The notes under the pieces were generated by a model. It had not been told where the DNA came from. It was given only the letters and a program-made list of their open reading frames with translations, and did no database searches. Both the position numbers and the translations under genes were made by a program. From an uncultured Bacteroidales bacterium (GTDB lineage Bacteria > Bacteroidota > Bacteroidia > Bacteroidales > B18-G4), in assembly GCA_964531985.1 (NCBI GenBank), contig CAZHFC010000001.1:188871-252870 (forward strand): 64,000 nucleotides of DNA, given 5' to 3'. This document shows, piece after piece, positions 41,989-52,896 of the stretch. The first letter of the stretch is position 1. Every line of letters starts with the position of its first letter.

Positions 41989-44900
41989 TTGGAAGATTAT
42001 CCCGGCAAGAGTTTTGACAAAAGCCCGGAAGGCCTGATCCGGAGCCTTGAGGCTGCCTATCGCGACAGCGAAAAAAAATACCGTGAACTGGTGGATTTCA
42101 TCCCCCTGGGTATTTTTGAATATGACCTTGAAGCGCATATCACATACAGTAATCCGCGCGGGATGGAAATGATGGGCTATACGAAGGAAGACCTTGAACG
42201 GAAAAAGGTAAACATCTCCGAACTGGTCATTCCTGCCGATCACGAAAAGATGAAAAAAAGGGTGAGGCAGTTGATGAAAGGGAAAAGACTTGACGGCGCA
42301 GAATACACGGCAATAAGGAAAAACGGCAATACTTTCCCAATATTATTATATTCTTACCCGATTGCGGAGAATGAAAAAATAACAGGTATACGCGGCGTGG
42401 TGTTTGACCTGACAAAGTCGCGCCTGATTGAAAAACAGCTTCATGATGTGCTTACCCGCTATGAGGTCATGCTGAAATCACTGCCGGATCTCATTTTCAG
42501 GTTTGATAAAGAGGGCCGTTTCATTGATTATCATTCCAGTTCATCCGAGAAACTTATGCTGAAACCGGAAGAGTTCCTTGGAAAACTCATTTCAGAAGTG
42601 GATCTGCCGGAGGTTGTCAGGAAACAGGGAATGCAAAAAGTGAAGGAAACCCTTGAAAAGGGCAGGATCATCATTGATGAGTATTCCCTTGAAGGAGAAA
42701 ACGGTACGGAATATTATGAGGCCAGGTACATTCCCATCAGCAAGGATGAGGTGCTGGATGTGATCCGCGATATCACAGACCGCGTAAAGGCTGAAATGGC
42801 ATTGCGTGAGAGTGAAAAAAAGTTTCGCGACCTCTATGAGAACATTCCCCTGGGCATGTTCAGGACCACTCCCGGGGGAGAGATGCTCCTTGCAAACCCC
42901 TCATTGCTCAATATGCTGGGCGTTAAAAATTTGGAAGAAATCCAGGCGAAAGGCTTCCCGGATCTCTGCCGGGAGATCAGCTACGACCGCAGTGCTTTTA
43001 TCAGTGAAATTGAAAAGAATGGGGTTGTTAAGGGATTTGAATCAAGCATTGTGTTGCCGGGCGGAAATATACTTCATATCCGGGAAAATGCCCGAAGGAT
43101 CGACGATGGCAGCGGGAATGTTTATTACGAGGGATCGGTCGAGGATATCACGGCCATCAGGGATGCCCATAGCATTATCAAACAGATAGAGGCGGAAAAG
43201 GCGGTTGTGCTCGACAGTATGAACGAGATGTTTGCCTATTTCTCCCCCGACCTGAGGATAAAATGGGTAAATAAAGCATATGCCGATAAGCTGGGTGTAG
43301 ATCAGTCTGAGCTGATCGGTAGCAAATGTTACGAACACTGGCACGGCCTCAGTCAACCATGCAATAATTGCCCGGTGATTAAAGCTGCCCGTACAGGCCT
43401 GCCCCAGTCGGGCGAGGTATCAACCCCCGATGGCCGTTACTGGTATGCCAGGGGTTACCCCGTATTTGATGACAAAGGACAGTTGGTCGGCTTGTCAGAA
43501 TTCTGTGAAGATATCACCATGCGGAAACAGGCGGTTGAGTCATTGAGACTGACCCAGTTTTCGGTCGATCAAAGCTCTGATGCGGCGTTCTGGATTGAAG
43601 AAAACGGGAATTTTATTTATGTGAATGAAGCGGCATGCCGGGTACTGGGTTATGCCCGGGAGGAACTGCTCGGAATGACGGTGCACGATGTTGATCCGAA
43701 TTTTCCGCGGGAGGTGTGGGCAGATCACTGGAAACAGATTCGAACCGAAAAACAGGTTAACATTGAATCTGTTCACCGGACCGGGGACGGACGCGAATTT
43801 CCCGTGGAACTCATGATCAATTTCATTGAGTTCGACGGCAGGGAGTATAATTGTGTTTTTGCCAGGGATATCACTGACCGTAAGCAATACGAGGAAAACC
43901 TCAGGCGGGCCAAAGACAAGGCAGAGGAGGCCAACCGTGTAAAGAGCGATTTTATCTCGAATATCTCCCATGAGATCAGAACACCACTGAATTCCATCAT
44001 AGGATTTTCCGAGATGCTGGCGAACCAATTACAGGAACCCCGGCTGAGAGAGTATGCCAGCTCGATCAAATCGGCCGGTAACAGTCTTTTGATGCTGATT
44101 AACGACATCCTCGACCTGTCGAAGATCGAGGCCGGCAGGGTGGAGGTAAGCCTCGAATCTGTTGACCTCCGGGCAGTGATCAATGAAATCAGCCAGGTTT
44201 TTGCACCGAAAGTGGCGAAAAAAAGACTTGATTTTTTTATCGACGTGCAATCCGGTATCCCGACTTTCCTTATGCTTGACAAGGTTCGTATCAGGCAGGT
44301 ATTGTTCAATCTTATTGGCAATGCGGTGAAGTTCACGGATCAGGGCTTTATCCGTGTTTTAGCGGAAACGCGGAGCCAAGGCGTATTGCCCGGCGGGAAG
44401 ATCGACCTGCTCATTACGATCGAAGACAGTGGTATTGGGATCCCTCACAAATACCATGATAAGATTTTCAATGCTTTTGTCCAGATTGGTGCCTCAGGGA
44501 ACCAAAGCCTGGAGGGCACCGGCCTTGGCCTTTCCATCACGCGCCGCCTGCTCGAAATGATGTCGGGTTCCATCATGGTCGACAGTGAGCCCGGCAAAGG
44601 CGCCCGTTTTGTGGTTTCACTGCAGGATGTGCAGATTGCGGAATATGAAAGCCAAAAAATACTTGAACAGGAAGTTGCAGGAGCCTCCTTCCGGGGAAGG
44701 CATATCCTGCTGGTCGATGATTCAGCCATCAACAGGCATTATGTAAGGGATAACCTGCTGGAATCGGGTATGACCGTGTCGGAAGCTGATAACGGTGAGA
44801 AAGCCCTGCAGGAAGCCGGGAAGAAAAAACCCGACCTGATCCTGATGGATATCATGATGCCCGTGATGGACGGATATAAGGCGGTTGAAATGATCAGGCA

Positions 44901-45399
44901 GGACAAGAGCCTTGCCGGTATACCGGTACTTGCCCTTACAGCATTGGCCATGAAAGAAGACATTGAAAGGATTACTTCTTCCGGGTTTAACGATTATCTC
45001 ATCAAGCCATTCAATATCCACGACCTGTATGCTAAAATGGGCAGGTTTTTACCGGCCGGTAAAAGAGGGAAACATGCAGTATCTTCCCGTTCCTTGCTGG
45101 ATCAAAGGAATGAAGAGACTTTTATAAGCTCCGTTGTTGCAGCCCTCGATATAATTGAAAAGGAACATATGCCTTTGTGGCGGCATGCAAATGAAATCAA
45201 GGAGTTTAAGTCGATAAGGGTTTTTGCCGACGGCATTCAAAAAACCGGCGTTACGCATAATATCAGGTTGCTGGTTGATTATGGCGACAAGCTGATGGCT
45301 TATTGCGATAATTATGATATTGAAAGAATCGATGCCAGCCTGGCCGGGTTTCCCGAATATGTCGAAAAAATGAAAGAAATACTCAACGAACCGCACTGA
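41989..45399 (+). CDS. cytoplasmic hybrid sensor histidine kinase (5 PAS domains, HisKA, HATPase, receiver, C-terminal helical domain)
   Basis: 1136 aa with no TM segment. The frame is closed by TAA at 41986-41988, and the first PAS domain begins about 25 codons in, so a TTG start at 41989 is implied. Five PAS units each end in a D(I/L)T.R(K/V) motif. H-box SHEIRTPLNSI, N-box LIGNAVKFT, G-boxes DSGIGIP and GTGLGLSI. Receiver ILLVDDS...DLILMDIMMPVMDG...KP. Confidence 0.9.
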   Translation: MEDYPGKSFDKSPEGLIRSLEAAYRDSEKKYRELVDFIPLGIFEYDLEAHITYSNPRGMEMMGYTKEDLERKKVNISELVIPADHEKMKKRVRQLMKGKRLDGAEYTAIRKNGNTFPILLYSYPIAENEKITGIRGVVFDLTKSRLIEKQLHDVLTRYEVMLKSLPDLIFRFDKEGRFIDYHSSSSEKLMLKPEEFLGKLISEVDLPEVVRKQGMQKVKETLEKGRIIIDEYSLEGENGTEYYEARYIPISKDEVLDVIRDITDRVKAEMALRESEKKFRDLYENIPLGMFRTTPGGEMLLANPSLLNMLGVKNLEEIQAKGFPDLCREISYDRSAFISEIEKNGVVKGFESSIVLPGGNILHIRENARRIDDGSGNVYYEGSVEDITAIRDAHSIIKQIEAEKAVVLDSMNEMFAYFSPDLRIKWVNKAYADKLGVDQSELIGSKCYEHWHGLSQPCNNCPVIKAARTGLPQSGEVSTPDGRYWYARGYPVFDDKGQLVGLSEFCEDITMRKQAVESLRLTQFSVDQSSDAAFWIEENGNFIYVNEAACRVLGYAREELLGMTVHDVDPNFPREVWADHWKQIRTEKQVNIESVHRTGDGREFPVELMINFIEFDGREYNCVFARDITDRKQYEENLRRAKDKAEEANRVKSDFISNISHEIRTPLNSIIGFSEMLANQLQEPRLREYASSIKSAGNSLLMLINDILDLSKIEAGRVEVSLESVDLRAVINEISQVFAPKVAKKRLDFFIDVQSGIPTFLMLDKVRIRQVLFNLIGNAVKFTDQGFIRVLAETRSQGVLPGGKIDLLITIEDSGIGIPHKYHDKIFNAFVQIGASGNQSLEGTGLGLSITRRLLEMMSGSIMVDSEPGKGARFVVSLQDVQIAEYESQKILEQEVAGASFRGRHILLVDDSAINRHYVRDNLLESGMTVSEADNGEKALQEAGKKKPDLILMDIMMPVMDGYKAVEMIRQDKSLAGIPVLALTALAMKEDIERITSSGFNDYLIKPFNIHDLYAKMGRFLPAGKRGKHAVSSRSLLDQRNEETFISSVVAALDIIEKEHMPLWRHANEIKEFKSIRVFADGIQKTGVTHNIRLLVDYGDKLMAYCDNYDIERIDASLAGFPEYVEKMKEILNEPH

Positions 45400-45400
45400 C

Positions 45401-46237
45401 ATGGAAAAAACTATTTCAAATATCCTGATTGTCGATGACATACCATTGAATATCCGCCTGATGATCAGCATACTTGATGAACAGGGGTATTCCGTGTCAT
45501 ATGCCGATAGCGGGAAGAAAGCGATAGATCTATGCAGCAAGGTTAACTTTGACCTGATCCTGCTTGATGTGATGATGCCCGGAATGGATGGCTTTGAGGT
45601 TTGCGAAATACTGAAATCCAATGAACAAACAAGTGATATTCCGGTGATTTTCCTTACTGCACGCACCGATCAGGATAGCATACTGAACGGCTTCCGGAAG
45701 GGGGGGGTCGATTATGTCACCAAACCATTCAACGAAAAGGAATTGCTGGTAAGGATCAGGACTCACCTCGACCTTAAGCATACGCGTGATGCGCTGGCCC
45801 ATGAACTTGCCTTCAAGAAAAAAATGATGACCGAAAATGCCTTGTATATAGCAAAGCGGACGGAATTGAGCGAGGCTATCATCGACGACCTGCGTGCCAT
45901 CAACCGGGATACACAGAATGCATACAGCGACAAAATCCTCACTGCCATTAACAAATTGAGAAACTTACTCAAGGGGCAGGAGTTGAAGGAATTTGAACTT
46001 GGTTTTGAAAAGGAACACGAAAATTTCAGGGAAAAGATTACACTCCTGCATCCCGGTCTCAGCCCGAATGAGATCAAACTCTGCACCTACCTACGGCTCG
46101 GGATGTCGTCAAAGGAAATATCCGAAATCACGGGACAATCGGTAAGGGCCCTTGAAACGGCAAGAAGCCGCATGCGAAAGAAACTTGACCTGAAACGGTC
46201 TGTGAACCTGGTACAGTATCTCCATGAGATTGCATAA
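45401..46237 (+). CDS. response regulator: receiver domain plus LuxR/GerE-type HTH
   Basis: 278 aa. ILIVDD...DLILLDVMMPGMDG...TKP. An approximately 85-aa helical linker. LSPNEIKLCTYLRLGMSSKEISEITGQSVRALETARSRMRKKL. The start is 1 nt after the kinase stop. Confidence 0.9.
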   Translation: MEKTISNILIVDDIPLNIRLMISILDEQGYSVSYADSGKKAIDLCSKVNFDLILLDVMMPGMDGFEVCEILKSNEQTSDIPVIFLTARTDQDSILNGFRKGGVDYVTKPFNEKELLVRIRTHLDLKHTRDALAHELAFKKKMMTENALYIAKRTELSEAIIDDLRAINRDTQNAYSDKILTAINKLRNLLKGQELKEFELGFEKEHENFREKITLLHPGLSPNEIKLCTYLRLGMSSKEISEITGQSVRALETARSRMRKKLDLKRSVNLVQYLHEIA

Positions 46238-46253
46238 TTCTCCGGCAGTATTA

Positions 46254-46283
46254 GGTATTGTGTAATCCGTAAATACCATTTTT
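46254..46283 (+). terminator. weak rho-independent terminator after the response regulator
   Basis: ggtatt (46254-46259) pairs with aatacc (46272-46277), 12-nt loop, then aTTTTT (46278-46283). The stem is AT-rich. Confidence 0.35.
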
Positions 46284-46303
46284 GAAATAATTCCAAAAAT
46301 TGA

Positions 46304-46311
46304 TACTTTTG
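46304..46311 (+). promoter_or_regulatory. candidate -7 promoter box (TACTTTTG) for the K+ channel gene
   Basis: Perfect TAnnTTTG, 23 nt upstream of the ATG at 46335. Confidence 0.35.
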
Positions 46312-46334
46312 ATGAAACCGAAAATCCTGCCGCC

Positions 46335-47033
46335 ATGATATTTCGCAATGATTTCGACCGGCACATTTTTCATAACAGGTATTTATACCTGCTTATTACC
46401 ACTGTGCTGGAAGTATTTCTGAATGCATTTTTCCCTGATCATATTTTTTCACTTGTCAGGGGCATTACATTTACGCTCTTTATGCTGGCATGCATCAACC
46501 TGATCAGGGATGAGAAGAGAACCCTTGTTTTTATGGTTTTTTTCACGGTATTGATCATTATACTGGTGTGGATGCCGGATCAGTCGTCACTTGGCAGCCT
46601 GTTCTATCCGGCCGAAAAGTTACTGGCGGCTGTTTTTTATGGGACCATCATATTTCATATTATCCGGCAGGTGGCCAAAAGCAAAAAAGTATCAGCCAAT
46701 GTTGTTTTTGGCGTTATCGCCATATATATCCTCTATGGCCTGCTGGCAGGGGATATCAATTTACTGATCTATTTCTTTGACCCGGATGCCTTTTCCGGTG
46801 CTCTTGATCCCGCTGATGCTGCCGATCTGAGGTATTTCAGCTATGTGACCATTACCACTACGGGGTATGGTGATATAACGGCGGTATCGCAGTTGGCCAG
46901 GGCCGCGGCTGTATTTTTCGGTCTTACTTCTCAACTGTATCTTGCCGTAATCATCGCCCTGATCGTGGGGAAATATGTATCCCATTCGGAAAAGGAGAAG
47001 GCCGGTATTTCAGGTGAGAAAAATGAAGGCTGA
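46335..47033 (+). CDS. potassium channel family protein (pore-only; no RCK or ligand-binding domain)
   Basis: 232 aa, several TM helices, and the canonical selectivity filter in YFSYVTITTTGYGDI. Confidence 0.8.
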   Translation: MIFRNDFDRHIFHNRYLYLLITTVLEVFLNAFFPDHIFSLVRGITFTLFMLACINLIRDEKRTLVFMVFFTVLIIILVWMPDQSSLGSLFYPAEKLLAAVFYGTIIFHIIRQVAKSKKVSANVVFGVIAIYILYGLLAGDINLLIYFFDPDAFSGALDPADAADLRYFSYVTITTTGYGDITAVSQLARAAAVFFGLTSQLYLAVIIALIVGKYVSHSEKEKAGISGEKNEG

Positions 47034-47037
47034 ATTC

Positions 47038-48396
<1,359 letters not shown>

Positions 48397-48418
48397 AATG
48401 GTTTGTGAAGGTTATTTA

Positions 48419-49216
48419 TTATTCTTTTTTCTCTTTTTCGGCGCTTTCATCACCGGTCGGTTCAACTGAATTTTCTTCTTTTTTCTCAGCTTCCGGCGCT
48501 GTTTCTTCGTTATCCTCTGATCCTTCAGTTTCCGGCCCGGCAACTTCCCCGGGTTTTTCAGCAACCGGCTCAGTGCTTTCTTCACTTAATTCTTCAGCGG
48601 GGATTTCTTCAGCCATTGCTTCTTCCGCATTTTCTTCTGCCTTGACGGCTTCTTCCTTTTCTTCTACTGCTTCTTCTGCCTGAGGGGGTTCTTCTTCGGC
48701 TGCGGCATCGGCTTTGATCTCTTCGGCTTGTTCGCTGTCGCTGTCTGTAATCATCCCGGGTGCAGCGGGGGTGGTTTCTTCCGCTTGTTTTTTGGCACCG
48801 CCCCTTCTTCTGCGTGATTTTTTCACACCCTTGCTTTCTTTCGTACCCAGGAGGTTTTCATTATAATCGACCAGTTCGATCAGTGCCATTTCGGCATTGT
48901 CGCCAAGCCGGGGACCGATCTTGATGATCCGGGTGTAGCCACCGGGGCGGTTGGCGACCCTGGCTGACACTTCCCTGAAAAGTTCCGTTACGGCTTCCTT
49001 GCTGTTAAGGTAGCTGAAAACGACCCTGCGCGAATGGGTTGAATCGGTCTTCGATTTGGTGATCAGCGGTTCGACATAAACTCTCAGGGCCTTTGCCTTG
49101 GCAAGGGTCGTTTGTATGCGTTTATGCAGGATCAGTGAACTTGCCATGTTGGCAAGCATTGCCTTCCTGTGTGCCCTTGTCCTGCTTAAATGATTGAATC
49201 TTTTACCGTGTCTCAT
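48419..49216 (-). CDS. rplQ: 50S ribosomal protein L17 with an approximately 145-aa acidic E/A-rich C-terminal extension
   Basis: 265 aa. The first ~120 aa are canonical L17 ([45 protein letters not shown]...GGYTRI). The rest is low complexity ([32 protein letters not shown]...). Confidence 0.95.
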   Translation of the reverse strand: MRHGKRFNHLSRTRAHRKAMLANMASSLILHKRIQTTLAKAKALRVYVEPLITKSKTDSTHSRRVVFSYLNSKEAVTELFREVSARVANRPGGYTRIIKIGPRLGDNAEMALIELVDYNENLLGTKESKGVKKSRRRRGGAKKQAEETTPAAPGMITDSDSEQAEEIKADAAAEEEPPQAEEAVEEKEEAVKAEENAEEAMAEEIPAEELSEESTEPVAEKPGEVAGPETEGSEDNEETAPEAEKKEENSVEPTGDESAEKEKKE

Positions 49217-49221
49217 TTCAG

Positions 49222-50214
49222 TTATTCCTTATCTAATTTGTATTTCGCTATGTTCATGCCAAATTCGAGTCCTTTGGCCTTCACCAGGTCTTCCAGTTCT
49301 GTCAGTGATTTCTTGCCAAAATTCCTGAATTTGAGCAGGTCATTTTTATTGAAGGTCACCAAATCGCCGAGGCTTTCCACATCGGCAGCTTTCAGGCAAT
49401 TGAGCGCCCTGACCGAAAGGTCGAGGTCGACCAGTTTGGTTTTGAGCAACTGGCGGATATGGAGTGAGTTTTCGTCAAATTCTTCGGCAACGGCTTTGTC
49501 TTCCGAATCGAGGGTGATCTTCTCATCGGAGAAGAGCATGAAATGGTGGATAAGAATTTTTGCCGCTTCTTTCAATGCATCCTTGGGGTGGATGGAACCA
49601 TCGGTGACGATTTCGATGATCAGGTTTTCGTAGTCGGTTTTTTGTTCCACCCGCCAGTCTTCGATATGGTAGTTGACGTTTTTGATGGGGGTGTGGATGG
49701 AATCGATGGCAATGGTGTCGACCGTTGCATTCAGCGATTTGTTTTCCTCGGCCGGTACATAGCCTCTGCCTTTATTGATGGTAAGTTCAACGGAGAGTTT
49801 AACCCCGGGATCCATGCTGCAGATCATTTCTTCAGGATTGAGTACCTGGAAGACCGACAGGAACTTGTTGATGTCGCCGGCTTTGAACACTTCCTGATCG
49901 CCGATAACAATATGGACTTTTTCGCTGTTTTCGGTATCGATTTGCTTTTTGAACCTGACCTTTTTCAGGTTCAGAATAATTTGCGACACGTCTTCAACCA
50001 CCCCGCGGATGGTTGAAAATTCCTGGACAACTCCATCAATCCTTACGGAAGTAATGGCATATCCTTCAAGGGATGATAGCAGTATCCTGCGCAGGGCATT
50101 GCCGATGGTTACGCCAAAGCCCGGTTCGAGCGGACGGAATTCAAAGCTGCCTTTGAAATCGTCAGACTCTATCATGATCACCTTTTCTGGTTTCTGAAAT
50201 GCTAATATTGCCAT
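49222..50214 (-). CDS. rpoA: DNA-directed RNA polymerase subunit alpha
   Basis: 330 aa. [20 protein letters not shown], and C-terminal domain [23 protein letters not shown]. Confidence 0.97.
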   Translation of the reverse strand: MAILAFQKPEKVIMIESDDFKGSFEFRPLEPGFGVTIGNALRRILLSSLEGYAITSVRIDGVVQEFSTIRGVVEDVSQIILNLKKVRFKKQIDTENSEKVHIVIGDQEVFKAGDINKFLSVFQVLNPEEMICSMDPGVKLSVELTINKGRGYVPAEENKSLNATVDTIAIDSIHTPIKNVNYHIEDWRVEQKTDYENLIIEIVTDGSIHPKDALKEAAKILIHHFMLFSDEKITLDSEDKAVAEEFDENSLHIRQLLKTKLVDLDLSVRALNCLKAADVESLGDLVTFNKNDLLKFRNFGKKSLTELEDLVKAKGLEFGMNIAKYKLDKE

Positions 50215-50270
50215 AATATACTGTGTGTTAATGGGTCACTATATTTACTCCTGGGGTATATGACGGGTTC

Positions 50271-50876
50271 TTATTTCGAATACAATTCAACGATAAGCTG
50301 TTCCCTGATATTTTCCGGTATTTCTTCCCTTTCGGGATAGTTGATGAATTTACCTTCCATCTTTTCATCGTCCCATTCGAGCCATCCGTACCTGTTGGTG
50401 CGTCCGGTGAGCGATTCGGTGATCACTTCGAGTGATTTTGATTTTTCCCTGACACCGATCACATCGCCCGGCTTCACTTCAAAAGATGGGATGCCGGCCA
50501 CTTCGCCGTTCACCACGATATGGCGGTGTGTAACAAGCTGGCGGGCGCCTCTCCTTGTAGGGGCAATGCCCATGCGGTACACCACGTTGTCGAGCCTGGC
50601 TTCGATAAGCTGGAGCAGAACCTCACCCGTGATGCCTTTTTTCTTGGATGCCTTTTTAAAGGTGTTCCTGAACTGCCTTTCGAGGATGCCATAGGTATAT
50701 TTGGCTTTCTGTTTTTCCTGGAGCTGGATACCGTATTCGGACTCCTTCCTTCTGCGCCTGCTGTTACCGTGATGTCCCGGCGGATAAGGTTTCCTGTCGA
50801 GCGCTTTGTCGGGTCCGAAGATCGGGTCCTTGAACTTCCTTGCAATCTTTGATTTTGGTCCTCTGTACCTGGCCAT
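50271..50876 (-). CDS. rpsD: 30S ribosomal protein S4
   Basis: 201 aa. [15 protein letters not shown]..., and the S4 domain [31 protein letters not shown]. Confidence 0.97.
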   Translation of the reverse strand: MARYRGPKSKIARKFKDPIFGPDKALDRKPYPPGHHGNSRRRRKESEYGIQLQEKQKAKYTYGILERQFRNTFKKASKKKGITGEVLLQLIEARLDNVVYRMGIAPTRRGARQLVTHRHIVVNGEVAGIPSFEVKPGDVIGVREKSKSLEVITESLTGRTNRYGWLEWDDEKMEGKFINYPEREEIPENIREQLIVELYSK

Positions 50877-50903
50877 ATAACTAAATTTTGTGTTTTTTAA
50901 CGA

Positions 50904-51293
50904 TTATACTCTTCTTCTTTTAGGGGGCCTGCAGCCATTATGGGGCAGGGGGGTCACATCCCTGATCTCGGTTACTTCGATACCCATGCCATGGATGGTC
51001 CGGATGGCGGATTCGCGTCCGGCACCGGGTCCCTTTACGTGCACCTTTACCTTGCGTAAACCTGCATCATATGCAATTTTTGCGCAATCTTCCGCTGCAA
51101 GCTGGGCAGCGTAGGGTGTGTTTTTCTTTGAACCCCTGAACCCCATTTTGCCGGATGACGACCATGCGATCACCTGCCCTGCATTGTTGGTCAGCGATAT
51201 GATGATATTGTTGAATGATGCACTGATATATGCCATCCCTGTGGGTTCAACCTTAACCACCCTCTTTTTTGAACTCCTGGTTGATTTAGCCAT
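50904..51293 (-). CDS. rpsK: 30S ribosomal protein S11
   Basis: 129 aa. [48 protein letters not shown]. Confidence 0.97.
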   Translation of the reverse strand: MAKSTRSSKKRVVKVEPTGMAYISASFNNIIISLTNNAGQVIAWSSSGKMGFRGSKKNTPYAAQLAAEDCAKIAYDAGLRKVKVHVKGPGAGRESAIRTIHGMGIEVTEIRDVTPLPHNGCRPPKRRRV

Positions 51294-51339
51294 TTTTTTC
51301 TAATTAAAACAGAATATATTTTCTGATTCGGGTTTTACA

Positions 51340-51720
51340 TTAACCTTTGGGCGCCACCTTCTTGTTGGCAACGGTTTTCTTCCGGCCCTTGCGCGTACGG
51401 GCATTGTTCTTGGTGCTCTGTCCGCGAACAGGCAGGCCGATACGGTGGCGGATGCCACGGTAGGTGCCGATGTCCATCAAACGCTTGATGTTCATCTGGG
51501 TTTCCGACCTGAGGGCGCCTTCCACTTTAAACTTTTCATTGATGATGGTACGAATCCTGTTCTGCTCATCATCGTCCCAGTCTTCCACCTTCTTGTCCCA
51601 GGCGACGCCTGCTTCGGTCAGGATCTTTTGCGCGTTGCTCCTGCCAATGCCGTAAATATAGGTGAGGCTGATCTCGCCCCTTTTGTTGTTAGGTATGTCA
51701 ACACCTGCTATCCTAGCCAT
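51340..51720 (-). CDS. rpsM: 30S ribosomal protein S13
   Basis: 126 aa. [14 protein letters not shown]..., [26 protein letters not shown]. Confidence 0.97.
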   Translation of the reverse strand: MARIAGVDIPNNKRGEISLTYIYGIGRSNAQKILTEAGVAWDKKVEDWDDDEQNRIRTIINEKFKVEGALRSETQMNIKRLMDIGTYRGIRHRIGLPVRGQSTKNNARTRKGRKKTVANKKVAPKG

Positions 51721-51747
51721 AACTGAATGGTTTATTATTTATAATGT

Positions 51748-51864
51748 TTATCCTTGTCTTTGTTTGTATTTGGGGTTCTTTTTGTTAATGATATACAAAC
51801 GACCCTTCCGCCTGACGATTTTACACTCAGGTGAACGTTTCTTTACTGATGCTCTGATTTTCAT
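51748..51864 (-). CDS. rpmJ: 50S ribosomal protein L36 (not in the ORF track; below the size cutoff)
   Basis: My translation of the - strand: [38 protein letters not shown]. 38 aa, located between infA and rpsM as expected. Confidence 0.95.
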   Translation of the reverse strand: MKIRASVKKRSPECKIVRRKGRLYIINKKNPKYKQRQG

Positions 51865-51879
51865 TTTACAATTCCTTTT

Positions 51880-52098
51880 CTATTTATATCTGAAAGTAAT
51901 TCTTCCTTTAGTCAGATCGTAAGGCGACATTTCCAGTTTTACCCGGTCGCCCGGTAAAATCTTGATATAATGCATGCGCATTTTGCCTGAAATATGGGCT
52001 GTGATCATGTGCCCGTTTTCCAGTTCTACCCTGAACATGGCGTTGCCCAATGATTCGATGACAGTGCCATCTTGTTCTATGGATTGTTGTTTAGCCAT
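51880..52098 (-). CDS. infA: translation initiation factor IF-1
   Basis: 72 aa. [43 protein letters not shown]. Confidence 0.97.
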   Translation of the reverse strand: MAKQQSIEQDGTVIESLGNAMFRVELENGHMITAHISGKMRMHYIKILPGDRVKLEMSPYDLTKGRITFRYK

Positions 52099-52879
52099 TT
52101 ATTTTATTTTGTTTGATCACTTCTTCAATATATTCGAATGTTGATAATATCTCCGCTTTTCCTTTCCTTATTGCCACATCATGTTCATAATGGGCTGAAG
52201 GCTTGTTGTCGGCAGTGCGGATGGTCCATCCGTCGGGCATCTGCACCACGCTCTTTACGCCCATGTTGACCATGGGCTCGATGGCCAGCACCATTCCTTC
52301 CCTGAGTTTCACTCCGCTTCCCCTTTTTCCGAAATTGGGTACTTCGGGCTTCTCGTGCAGTTGCTTGCCGAGGCCATGTCCTACCAGGTCTCTGACAACG
52401 GAATACCCGAACTGTTCAACATGCGATTGCACGGCGTGTCCGATGTCGCCAACCCTGTTTCCTTCAACGGCCATTTCGATGGCTTTGTAAAGCGACTCCC
52501 TGGTTTTTTCCATCAGCAGCCTCACCTCATCCGAAACTTCCCCTACGGCGAAGGTATAGGCCGAATCACCGTAAAACCCATTCATCAGCACGCCACAGTC
52601 GACCGAAACGATATCGCCACTGCGCAGGATCCGTTTTCCCGGGAATCCGTGAACCACTTCTTCATTCACCGAAATGCAGAGTGTAAACGGAAACCCGTTA
52701 TAACCCTTGAATCCGGGCAGTGCCCCATGATCCCTGATGAAGGATTCGGCAAGTTCATCAAGCCGGATGGTTTCGATTCCCGGGCGGATGTGCCTGGCTA
52801 CTTCAGCCAGTGTTTTACCAACAAGTAAAGAACTTTCCCTGATCAGTTCAATTTCTTCTTCATTCTTGATGTAGATCAT
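52091..52879 (-). CDS. map: type I methionine aminopeptidase
   Basis: 262 aa. [15 protein letters not shown]...[25 protein letters not shown] metal-ligand pattern. Confidence 0.95.
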   Translation of the reverse strand: MIYIKNEEEIELIRESSLLVGKTLAEVARHIRPGIETIRLDELAESFIRDHGALPGFKGYNGFPFTLCISVNEEVVHGFPGKRILRSGDIVSVDCGVLMNGFYGDSAYTFAVGEVSDEVRLLMEKTRESLYKAIEMAVEGNRVGDIGHAVQSHVEQFGYSVVRDLVGHGLGKQLHEKPEVPNFGKRGSGVKLREGMVLAIEPMVNMGVKSVVQMPDGWTIRTADNKPSAHYEHDVAIRKGKAEILSTFEYIEEVIKQNKING

Positions 52880-52896
52880 TCAGATAATATTAAATG

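Noticed and set aside
48405-48683. A Ser-rich 92-aa ORF on the + strand.
   Set aside because: It is the complement of the GAA/GCN-rich acidic tail of rplQ, and is an artefact.
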